Part shown: positions 8,132-15,760 of the stretch, in pieces | Layout: every line of letters starts with the position of its first letter | How positions within the stretch are numbered: position 1 is the stretch's first letter | Source: Candidatus Nanohalobium constans | GTDB taxonomy: Archaea > Nanohalarchaeota > Nanosalinia > Nanosalinales > Nanosalinaceae | NCBI RefSeq assembly: GCF_009617975.1 | Contig: NZ_CP040089.1 | Span: 120,001-152,000, forward strand | Reading direction: 5' to 3' | DNA length: 32,000 nucleotides | Notes under the pieces: generated by a model | Databases searched by the model: none | Told to the model about the DNA's origin: nothing | What the model saw: only the letters and a program-made list of their open reading frames with translations | Made by a program: the position numbers and the translations under genes

Positions 8132-8161
8132 GTGTTTATAATTTTAAACAAGTGTTTATAA
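8126..8161. repeat. two copies of AAACA-NN-TGTTTATAA spaced 20 bp apart at the MNT start/promoter
   Basis: AAACAtgTGTTTATAA at 8126-8141 and AAACAagTGTTTATAA at 8146-8161. A partial third copy GTGTTTAAC sits at 8112-8120, again 20 bp away. The distal copy sits at the TATA position for the minus-strand MNT gene. Confidence 0.45.
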
Positions 8162-8173
8162 AACTAAACGCTT

Positions 8174-8728
8174 CTAATCTTTCCACTTAATACTGCAGCC
8201 CTGACTCGGCTTCTGATCTTTTGGAGGTTCCCGTCTCTTCAGCATATCTTCGATTACCTTTTTCATCTCTCGGTTCTCTACTTCCTGGTCAGGACCCATC
8301 TTATCGTTTAATCGGCCTTGATAGTATAATCTATGTCTCCAGTCCAGTAGGAAGGGATCTGGTGTGCATTTCGCTCCATACTGTTCTGCGATTTCCTGTT
8401 CTGGGTCTGTCAGGTAGTAGAAGTGCGGGGATTCCAGATCATTCTCTTCAATAAATTCCCCCATTTTCTCGACTGAGTCGTCTGGATGTGTCTCGCTGTT
8501 AGGATTTATTCCGACTATAGCTATTGAAGAGAACTCGTCATTCAGTTCTCTCAGTTCTTCTGTCTGAGCTTTGACATAGGGGCAGTGGTTGCACATGAAT
8601 ACGACGAGGACGCCGTCATAGTTGTCCAGATCGCTTAATTCGACTTTTTCTCCATCATGGTTTTCGAGTTTGAATTCGGGTGCGTAGTCTCCTTGTGAAA
8701 GCTCTGAATCTGATTTTTTTAGGCTCAT
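8174..8728 (-). CDS. thioredoxin-fold (AhpC/TSA-redoxin family) protein
   Basis: APEFKL.N.DGEKV.LSDL...VLVVFMCNHCPYV (CxxC) and C-terminal GCSIKWK motif recalled from this family. The ATG overlaps the upstream gene stop (ATGA). Confidence 0.75.
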   Translation of the reverse strand: MSLKKSDSELSQGDYAPEFKLENHDGEKVELSDLDNYDGVLVVFMCNHCPYVKAQTEELRELNDEFSSIAIVGINPNSETHPDDSVEKMGEFIEENDLESPHFYYLTDPEQEIAEQYGAKCTPDPFLLDWRHRLYYQGRLNDKMGPDQEVENREMKKVIEDMLKRREPPKDQKPSQGCSIKWKD

Positions 8729-9432
8729 TCTTCTTTACCTTCTAACCATTCGATCAGTGTTTTTCTTTCTTTGTTTTGTTTTTCTTCTTCGATAATTTCT
8801 GCATAGTCTGGGTCTTCAAGTGCTTTGATATCATCTTTTACTTCTTGGATGCTTCCCTTTAACATGGTGCTGTAGTCTATACTTTTCTCTTCTTTTTTCG
8901 ACTGTTCTTTCTCTATTTTGTGTCCGCAGCTTGAGCAGTAGGTGCTGGATGATGAGACTTCTTCTCCGCAGTCTTGACAGTATTCTGTATCTCCGTTTTC
9001 CACCATTTCTACTTTCTGGACTTCGTTCTTGTCTCGGTGTTTGGCTTCCGTTATCTGGTTTTTAGCGTTTTTCGGGTTAGGGATGGCGCCGAACTCTATT
9101 ACTTGTCCTGAAGCGGTTTTCACATTTACATCGCCGATGTTAAGCATTCTGTATCCGAGAGGTTGATCTATCGAAGTCTCCGTGATTAAGTCGAAAGTTG
9201 CCTCCGTTGTATCCCGGCTTAGGAACTTGAACTCTCTGATAACTCGCTCGTTTGTTATAAAGTATTTATGTCCTTTTCTGTGTATTTCTGCGATAATCCA
9301 GACGATTACTCCGATCAACATGAGTGGAAGTAAAATCAATCCAAGAAGATACCAGCCAAGATATTTCCATGGGCTCGGTGTGAAATGTTTTTTGACAGAC
9401 TCTCCTTCGTGAAGTCCTCCTTCAGGCTCCAT
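8725..9432 (-). CDS. membrane protein with bacterial-PH (YdbS/YdbT-like) domain, zinc ribbon and coiled C-terminus
   Basis: Hydrophobic hairpin WKYLGWYLLGLILLPLMLIGVIVWIIAEI followed by YFITNERVIREFKFLSRD...I (bPH-like pattern). CQDCGEEV...YCSSCGHKI is a CxxC-x(n)-CxxC ribbon. Confidence 0.65.
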   Translation of the reverse strand: MEPEGGLHEGESVKKHFTPSPWKYLGWYLLGLILLPLMLIGVIVWIIAEIHRKGHKYFITNERVIREFKFLSRDTTEATFDLITETSIDQPLGYRMLNIGDVNVKTASGQVIEFGAIPNPKNAKNQITEAKHRDKNEVQKVEMVENGDTEYCQDCGEEVSSSSTYCSSCGHKIEKEQSKKEEKSIDYSTMLKGSIQEVKDDIKALEDPDYAEIIEEEKQNKERKTLIEWLEGKEE

Positions 9433-9456
9433 AACGCATCACAATGCAGGGGAAAG

Positions 9457-9462
9457 TTAAAA
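9457..9462 (-). promoter_or_regulatory. TATA-like box for the PH-domain membrane protein gene
   Basis: TTTTAA on the minus strand, 25-30 nt upstream of the start at 9432. Confidence 0.35.
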
Positions 9463-9480
9463 GCTCTCCGACTCCCAGAA

Positions 9481-9487
9481 ATTTAAA
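9481..9487 (+). promoter_or_regulatory. TATA-like box (ATTTAAA) for fba
   Basis: Lies 25-31 nt upstream of the ATG at 9512. Confidence 0.45.
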
Positions 9488-9511
9488 CCAGAAAATGTAA
9501 TACATCGTAAT

Positions 9512-10330
9512 ATGAAAGATATGGATGACTCCGCGATCACACGGAATGGAAACTCTTTGATACTGGCCTATGACCACGGAACAGAACACGGTCCGGTTGA
9601 CTTCGAGCCGATGCCGAAAAGTGCTGACCCGCGGCATGTCTTTGAAGTTTCTCAGCACGATGCAGTGACTGCTTTAGCTCTTCAGAAAGGAAATGCAGAA
9701 TACTACAGAAACTGGCAGGAAAATACAGGAAACGAAGGAGCACCACTTCTACTTAAAATAAACGGAAACTCCAGCCTTCCAAAACGAGAAGATTACTATA
9801 GTCCAAAACAATGCAGTGTACAGTACGCTGTAGAAGAACTGGACGCTGATGCAATCGGGTACACGATGTACGCGGGAAGCATTCATGAAGACGAAATGTG
9901 GAAAGATTTCAGGGAAGTACAGGAAGAAGCAAGAAAATATGATGTTCCTGTAGTTATGTGGAGCTATCCAAGAGGAAAAGGAATAGAAGAAAACCCTGAC
10001 TACTCAGGTCAGAAAGATCCAGAAGTAGTAGCTTACGGAGCTAGGTTAGGACTGGAGTTAGGTGCTGACATGGTAAAATGCAAGTATCCAGGGAATCAGG
10101 AAGACTGGGAGAGACTTGAAAGCCAGGTAGCAGAATTAAAAACTGTTATGAGCGGCGGATCTAAGAGAAGTGACAGAGCATTCCTCCAAGATGTACATGA
10201 CACTATTGAAGTGAGTGGGAACGGTTTAGCAGTAGGTAGAAACATCTTCCAGCGTGAAGAGCCGGGAGAACTGCTTGATAAGCTGGAAAAAGTAATTTTC
10301 GAAGGAAAGACCGTCGACGAAGCAATGTGA
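9512..10330 (+). CDS. fba: class I fructose-bisphosphate aldolase, archaeal DhnA/FbaB family (the paralogous ADH synthase cannot be excluded)
   Basis: LILAYDHG, LLLKINGNS, ADMVKCKYPG (candidate Schiff-base Lys) and GLAVGRNIFQ fit the family. Directly followed by an FBPase gene. Confidence 0.75.
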   Translation: MKDMDDSAITRNGNSLILAYDHGTEHGPVDFEPMPKSADPRHVFEVSQHDAVTALALQKGNAEYYRNWQENTGNEGAPLLLKINGNSSLPKREDYYSPKQCSVQYAVEELDADAIGYTMYAGSIHEDEMWKDFREVQEEARKYDVPVVMWSYPRGKGIEENPDYSGQKDPEVVAYGARLGLELGADMVKCKYPGNQEDWERLESQVAELKTVMSGGSKRSDRAFLQDVHDTIEVSGNGLAVGRNIFQREEPGELLDKLEKVIFEGKTVDEAM

Positions 10331-10336
10331 TTCCAA

Positions 10337-11203
10337 GTGGATAAACAAGAAGTAGTCGACGAGGTCTTCCATTCTGTAGCTGAGGTAGCGCCTCACATAT
10401 CCTCAGGTCTACTCAAGAGGAGAGAGTATGTAGGTGAGGAAAATCCCAGTGATGAGAAGCAGTTAGAGGCTGATGTCTGGGCCAATGAATTCCTCAAGGA
10501 GGAAATCACCTCACTTGAGGGTGTAGGCGAGTTCGCATCTGAGGAAGAGCACGAAGTAACGGATTGTGGAGAGGGACTATCTGTAACTGTCGATCCTCTG
10601 GATGGCTCTTCAAACATTCCGACGAATAATATTGTCGGCACTATCGTTGGTATCTATGATGAAGAACTTCCTTGCAGAGGTAAAAATATTGTAGCGGCTT
10701 TTTATGTTGTATATGGCCCATTAACAAGTTTTACGATTGCCAGAGATGGGCAAGTTGATGAGTATGTGCTGGAAGAATCTAAAGGTGATGGTGTAGAACT
10801 GCACAAAGCTAGTGAAGATATTCAGATCCCTGAGCCATATGTCTACGGCTTTGGAGGCAACAAGCACTGGGGCAGTGATTTTGAACGCTTGAAGGAGGAT
10901 ATTTCTGATGATTTGAAGCTTCGTTACGGCGGTGCGATGGTAGGAGATGTCAATCAAGTGCTTCACCAGGGAGGAGTATTTGGATATCCTGCTCGTGAAG
11001 ACGCCGAAAACGGCAAACTCAGGCTTCTCTTCGAAGCAAATCCTATGGCTTACATTTTCGAAACAGCAGGAGGCAAGTCTAGTGATGGTGATAAATCAAT
11101 CCTCAGAGTCAAGGCTGAAGAACTACATCAGAGAACTCCAGTATTTGTAGGGTCGGAGGAATCGGTTAGGAAAGTTAACGAAAGAGGTCTGTCTCTGCAC
11201 TGA
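10337..11203 (+). CDS. fbp: class 1 fructose-1,6-bisphosphatase
   Basis: VDPLDGSSNI metal-binding motif, RYGGAMVGDV, and GKLRLLFEANPMAYIFETAGGKSSDG motifs. GTG start 6 nt after the fba stop. Confidence 0.85.
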   Translation: MDKQEVVDEVFHSVAEVAPHISSGLLKRREYVGEENPSDEKQLEADVWANEFLKEEITSLEGVGEFASEEEHEVTDCGEGLSVTVDPLDGSSNIPTNNIVGTIVGIYDEELPCRGKNIVAAFYVVYGPLTSFTIARDGQVDEYVLEESKGDGVELHKASEDIQIPEPYVYGFGGNKHWGSDFERLKEDISDDLKLRYGGAMVGDVNQVLHQGGVFGYPAREDAENGKLRLLFEANPMAYIFETAGGKSSDGDKSILRVKAEELHQRTPVFVGSEESVRKVNERGLSLH

Positions 11204-11232
11204 AAAAATTTACTTTTCCTATATTTCTTGAG

Positions 11233-11541
11233 ATGTTCGGCACGAAAACTGTCTTTGAAAGCCTTGAGGAAGAGAAGGTTGACGAATTTGTTTTCAAATT
11301 TTACTCTGTGTTGGAGGAAAGCCAAGAAAGAAGTTTGGCTGCAAGCACCTTATTCTATTCAAAAATACAGGAAGATCTACTAGAATATGCGGAAGAAGGA
11401 GCTGTAGATTTAAATGATTTAGAAGAAATAGAGAGCTCCCGATTCGGCACAGCAGACTATATAAGCTGGGATGCGGCAGAGGCCTTTGATGAAGCAGTAA
11501 GAGAGGCCTATGAAGAACTAGGAATTGGATATGAAGGCTAA
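11233..11541 (+). CDS. hypothetical acidic protein (102 aa)
   Basis: ATG ORF with halophile-like composition. Its 3' end overlaps the convergent hel308 stop by 4 nt. No family recognised. Confidence 0.45.
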   Translation: MFGTKTVFESLEEEKVDEFVFKFYSVLEESQERSLAASTLFYSKIQEDLLEYAEEGAVDLNDLEEIESSRFGTADYISWDAAEAFDEAVREAYEELGIGYEG

Positions 11542-13844
11542 TCATACCAGTCAGTGATATCTTCCCGGTCGAAGATATTATCTTGACCAACCTGTTTCTT
11601 CAGCTTCTTAGCAGTTTTCTTGCCGATCAACTTCTTCAACTTCTCAAAATTAACTTCACGGATCTGAGACTGTGTTTCAATACCGTGGTCGTGGAGTTTC
11701 CGCGCTCTCACACGGCCAATCTGATCGTACTGAACTAAATCTAACAGTTCATCCTTTATTCCGTGTTCCATTCTGACGCGCAATTTTTCAATGTCTTTCT
11801 CTACTCCCGAAAAATTCTCTGAATTCTGGTTTTCAGAAGAACTCTCTGAGTTCTTCGTTTCCTTCATCCTAACCAGTTCCTTGGCTCCGTACAACAACCA
11901 GTCCGCATTCTGCATCTTTGCCCTGATACCTCCAGGTGCGGTTCCGAACTCGTTCATTATCCTCTCTTCATCCATCTCCTGCACCCAGCTCTGCATCATC
12001 ATCGCAGTCTTCATTGACTCCAGGTAAGATTCGTATCCCGCCTCCCACTCATTCGGCACGGAATCCAAGAGATAAATCTCGGCGTCCTGCAAGGCATTCT
12101 GATAATCACTCCACTCCTTATCCTTCACTCGTAATCTTGGAGCCATCTCAGAAGTCCTGGAAAGCATAAAAAGGTATGAGATTGCTCTTGTCTCAGTTCC
12201 CTCAGCCTTCCCTAACGATTTAACCATGTAATGTGCGGAATCAGGGTCAATATAAAGATCAGATACCTTCTTCCCGATCTTCGTCGCCTTCATTTCATCT
12301 TCTCTGATGAAATCATAGTCCCTCAATGAATCGACTACATCCCGGATCTTCTCCGCTACCTTCTGCATATCTCCGAACTGATGAGCATAGAAAGTCTTCT
12401 GATAAAACTCCAATAATCCTTCCATTGAGGTACAGAAATTGGAGGCCACTAAAGCCAGTGTATGCATTCTGAGAACTGGCTCGACATTTAACTTCGACTG
12501 AATTCTTTCAGGTTCTCCCAGAACAAATCTCTCCTTGATTTCATCCACGCTGCCAGAATTCTTCGCCACGGAAATAGCCTCCCCTCTGTCATCATACTTT
12601 GGGCGTCCAGCTCGTCCTGTCATCTGTTCATATTCCAGTACAGGAATCCAGTTCATGCCGTTACCATCGTAACGCTTCAAGTCTCGAATTATAACTCGGA
12701 AAGCAGGCAGATTTACTCCGGCAGCGAGTGTTGGCGTGGCAGAGACTGATTTAATCAGGTCTTTCTTGAATGCCTGCTCGATTAGCTGGCGTTGCTGTGT
12801 CACGAGACCTGCGTGGTGGAATGCAGCTCCTTTCTCTACATTTTCCGCTAGACGCTTACACTGAGATGTGGGGGAGCCCAGTACATTGAGTATTCTGTCT
12901 GCGTATTCTTCTAGTTTCTGTTTCTCTTCTCTATCTATCTTTTCTTCGGTTATTTTTGCGGCTCGATCTGAGCTTTTTTCTGCGCCTTTCCGTGATGAGC
13001 AGAACACTATGGCTTGTTTGTCCATCTGGAAAGTGTCTTCCAGCAGGTTTGGTGCTGGCTGGCCATGTTTGTCGTCTACGAAGTATTTTTCTCCTTCAGA
13101 ACTGTTGTTTTGTTTGGCTTCTTTTCCTGTCTGCCATCCGCTTAACTCTTTGGAGTCTTCTTCCTCTGAGTCGTCTATTTCTTCGTCTCCTGAGTAGTAC
13201 TCTATCTCGTTACCTTGGTATATTCCATGACGCAGCTCTACCGGGCGGTAGTCTGATTCTACTAGTTCTGCGTCCAGCCATTCAGCTAGCTCGCCTGAGT
13301 TTGATATGGTGGCAGATAAACCGAGTAACTGGAACTCTAGCAGGTCTCTGAGTCTTGTCAAGGTTACTTCGAGCGTAGGACCGCGGTTTTTGGAGGTTAA
13401 AAGGTGTATTTCGTCGATTACTACCAGTCCGATGTCGTGAATCCAGCTTGGATTATGCCGCAGCATTGAGTCCAGCTTTTCGGAGGTCACGATGACTATA
13501 TCTGCGTTCTCCAGATATTCTCCTGCATCGTCTAGATCACCGACTGAGATCTTCACATTCAGGTCTTCGTATCTTTCGGAGAAGTCTTCGTATTTTTCTG
13601 AGGCTAAAGCCTTCAAAGGAACTACATAGACTGCTGTCTTGTTTTCCTTGACTGCTTTCTCGACCATTGCTAGTTCTGCGATAAATGTCTTTCCTGAAGC
13701 GGTCGGAGAAGCCACAATCATATCCTCTCCGTCCAGAAGTCCGGATTTGACGGCTTTCTCCTGTGGAGGGTTCAGTTCGGTGATGCCGGTGTCAATATAG
13801 TCTCGCTTGATTCTCTCCGGCAGATCCAGGTTTTCGGTCTTCAC
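11538..13844 (-). CDS. hel308: Hel308/Ski2-like superfamily 2 DNA helicase
   Basis: LNPPQEKAV (Q motif), ASPTASGKT (Walker A), VIDEIHLL (DEIH), LSATISN (SAT), AFHHAGL and QMTGRAGRP motifs. C-terminal HhH-like region. GTG start. Confidence 0.85.
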   Translation of the reverse strand: MKTENLDLPERIKRDYIDTGITELNPPQEKAVKSGLLDGEDMIVASPTASGKTFIAELAMVEKAVKENKTAVYVVPLKALASEKYEDFSERYEDLNVKISVGDLDDAGEYLENADIVIVTSEKLDSMLRHNPSWIHDIGLVVIDEIHLLTSKNRGPTLEVTLTRLRDLLEFQLLGLSATISNSGELAEWLDAELVESDYRPVELRHGIYQGNEIEYYSGDEEIDDSEEEDSKELSGWQTGKEAKQNNSSEGEKYFVDDKHGQPAPNLLEDTFQMDKQAIVFCSSRKGAEKSSDRAAKITEEKIDREEKQKLEEYADRILNVLGSPTSQCKRLAENVEKGAAFHHAGLVTQQRQLIEQAFKKDLIKSVSATPTLAAGVNLPAFRVIIRDLKRYDGNGMNWIPVLEYEQMTGRAGRPKYDDRGEAISVAKNSGSVDEIKERFVLGEPERIQSKLNVEPVLRMHTLALVASNFCTSMEGLLEFYQKTFYAHQFGDMQKVAEKIRDVVDSLRDYDFIREDEMKATKIGKKVSDLYIDPDSAHYMVKSLGKAEGTETRAISYLFMLSRTSEMAPRLRVKDKEWSDYQNALQDAEIYLLDSVPNEWEAGYESYLESMKTAMMMQSWVQEMDEERIMNEFGTAPGGIRAKMQNADWLLYGAKELVRMKETKNSESSSENQNSENFSGVEKDIEKLRVRMEHGIKDELLDLVQYDQIGRVRARKLHDHGIETQSQIREVNFEKLKKLIGKKTAKKLKKQVGQDNIFDREDITDWYD

Positions 13845-13883
13845 ATTGTGAAAGTGGTGGTAGAATTCTTTTGATTCGAATGG

Positions 13884-14357
13884 TCAGTTAGAAGAGTATT
13901 CTGCGAAATCAAATTCTCTGTGTTCTTCCCTCTCTACTTCTTTCCAGTTCTCCTCTGAAAACTCTGGGAAGTAAGTATCTCCTTTGTACTCCTCATGGAT
14001 TTCCGTTAAAATCATTTTGTCGGCTTCGCTCATTGTCTGCCTGTAGATTCCTGCTCCACCTATTATGAATATTTTCTCGCTCTCGGCTTTTTCCCATGCT
14101 TCATCGAGACTGTTCGCTAACTTTACACTCTCATTTTTTGGTGAGAAATCTGACCTTGTCAGGACTATGTTCTCGCGGTCCGGCAAGGGTGTGAAGCTGT
14201 CTGGAAGTGATTCGAATGTCTTCCTGCCCATGACGACCGTGTGCCCTGTGGTCTTCTCCTTGAAATGCTGTAAGTCTTTGGGAATATGCCATGGTATCTC
14301 TCCGTCTTTCCCGATTACATCATTTTCTGCTACTGCTGCTATGATTATCTTCTTCAT
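13884..14357 (-). CDS. folA: dihydrofolate reductase
   Basis: IIAAVAENDVIGKDGEIPWHIPKDLQHFKEKTTGHTVVMGRKTFESL and FIIGGAGIY motifs. 157 aa. Confidence 0.85.
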   Translation of the reverse strand: MKKIIIAAVAENDVIGKDGEIPWHIPKDLQHFKEKTTGHTVVMGRKTFESLPDSFTPLPDRENIVLTRSDFSPKNESVKLANSLDEAWEKAESEKIFIIGGAGIYRQTMSEADKMILTEIHEEYKGDTYFPEFSEENWKEVEREEHREFDFAEYSSN

Positions 14358-14596
14358 AGTTTCACTTCGTATCCTTCAATGGAACTTCCCTCTAAATACT
14401 CATCTATTTTAAGTACATCTATTATCCCTGCAGCGGAGGCTATGGTGGCGTTAGAGTCGTCACGAATATAGTTTATCAACTCTTTGTGACTAATGTAATC
14501 TTCTTCGTAACTGTCAAGGAACTCTCTAACATCCTCCAGGCTGTCAGAGTGAGCATTTCTAAATCTCTTTAACTTTATATCGTTTTCAAATCCCAT
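14354..14596 (-). CDS. hypothetical small protein (80 aa) between thyA and folA
   Basis: ATG ORF starting 10 nt after the thyA stop. Its stop overlaps the folA ATG (ATGA). No family recognised. Confidence 0.5.
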   Translation of the reverse strand: MGFENDIKLKRFRNAHSDSLEDVREFLDSYEEDYISHKELINYIRDDSNATIASAAGIIDVLKIDEYLEGSSIEGYEVKL

Positions 14597-14606
14597 TTTT
14601 ACCAGT

Positions 14607-15629
14607 TTACTCCGCTACCGCGAACTTGATTCCGGGATGCGGGTTGTAATCCTTCAGCTTGAAGTCATCGTATTCCAGTTCGTCTACACCTTTGTCTGCG
14701 ATCTCCATTTCTGGTCTTTCTCTTATGTCTCTGGAAATCTGTTTCAGAAGGCCTGGCACATGGTCGTAGGGTTCTTCCTGTTCTGGTGCGTTTTTCTGGA
14801 TCCAGTCTTTGATTTCTAGGTAGTCTTCGTTAGTTTCTGCTTCCCTCATCTTCGATTTGAGTTCTTTCAAGTTCTCACGGTACCATTCTCCTCTCTCGCC
14901 TTTTCCACAGTAGATATGAGAGTCAACAATGGTGTGTGAGAAGCTTCCGGATTCAAAGCCTGTCTGCTGTGCAATTACCTTGGTGATCAGAGAGTAGCAT
15001 GCGATGTTGAATGGTATTCCGAGTGCTGTGTCTCCTGATCGCTGTGTTAAGTGTGTGTTTAGTTTTCCGTTCTGTACATTCATTACAAAGGTGAAGTGGC
15101 ATGGTGGCAGTCCTGAGACATCTGCGTTCGAAGGATGCCAGGCGTTGATAACCAGTCTTCTTGAGTTTGGACTTCTATCTGGGTTATCTCCATTCAATGT
15201 ATCTATGGCGTACTTTATCTGATCGAAAACCAGTCTTCCATCCTCTTCCTCCGTTACCCACTTACAGTCAGTATCAGCCCATGTTTCGCCAGGTAATTGT
15301 GAGTCTTCGTCTGGTACAGGATATCTTCTCCAAAATCGACCGTACGCTGTATCAAGTTTTCCTTCTTCATCGGCCCAGGCGTCCCAGATCTTGGTTTCCT
15401 CCCTCAAGTTCCTGATATGTTCTTCTCCCGAGAAGTACCATAAAAGCTCGTGAATCAGAGAATTCCATCTATAACCTGATAAGTCCTTAGTAGTTAGTAG
15501 AGGAAATCCTTCCTGTAAATCAATCTTGTAGCTCTGGGAGAAAGTCGACAGAGTATCTACACCAGTCCTGTTCTCTCTGTAGTTTGCGTTCTCAAGAATA
15601 TTCTTTACTAAGGTATGGTATTGTTTCAA
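14607..15629 (-). CDS. thyA: thymidylate synthase (ThyA type)
   Basis: N-terminus MKQYHTLVKNIL....NRTGVDTLS aligns residue-for-residue with canonical ThyA. PPCHFTFVMNV carries the catalytic Cys, and QRSGDTALGIPFNIACYSL is present. TTG start preceded by GAGGGG 8 nt upstream. Confidence 0.9.
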   Translation of the reverse strand: MKQYHTLVKNILENANYRENRTGVDTLSTFSQSYKIDLQEGFPLLTTKDLSGYRWNSLIHELLWYFSGEEHIRNLREETKIWDAWADEEGKLDTAYGRFWRRYPVPDEDSQLPGETWADTDCKWVTEEEDGRLVFDQIKYAIDTLNGDNPDRSPNSRRLVINAWHPSNADVSGLPPCHFTFVMNVQNGKLNTHLTQRSGDTALGIPFNIACYSLITKVIAQQTGFESGSFSHTIVDSHIYCGKGERGEWYRENLKELKSKMREAETNEDYLEIKDWIQKNAPEQEEPYDHVPGLLKQISRDIRERPEMEIADKGVDELEYDDFKLKDYNPHPGIKFAVAE

Positions 15630-15760
15630 TGTGGAGCCCCTCTAACTTTGGTGAAGGGATGAAGCTCTTTACATCTTATTGTTAACTGGCTTTGAGATTA
15701 TGTCTAGGTAACCTGTTTAAAATATTGTATGTGTGTTGGTGAGTTATAGGGTAATTTTTT

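Noticed and set aside
9422-9658. 78-aa minus-strand ORF spanning the fba promoter and start, with other short track ORFs such as 625-822, 11128-11325, 1809-2096 and 17906-18091
   Set aside because: They overlap strongly supported genes or promoters and have hydrophobic or low-complexity translations unlike the acidic proteome. They lack plausible promoter spacing.
15630-15760. 131-nt thyA/HK-like divergent spacer as a possible ncRNA or riboswitch
   Set aside because: It contains only weak, interrupted complementarity (GAGC-CCCT...AGGG-GCTC) and no recognisable riboswitch or sRNA box motifs. Two promoters plus a short thyA leader with a GAGGGG Shine-Dalgarno-like element probably explain it.
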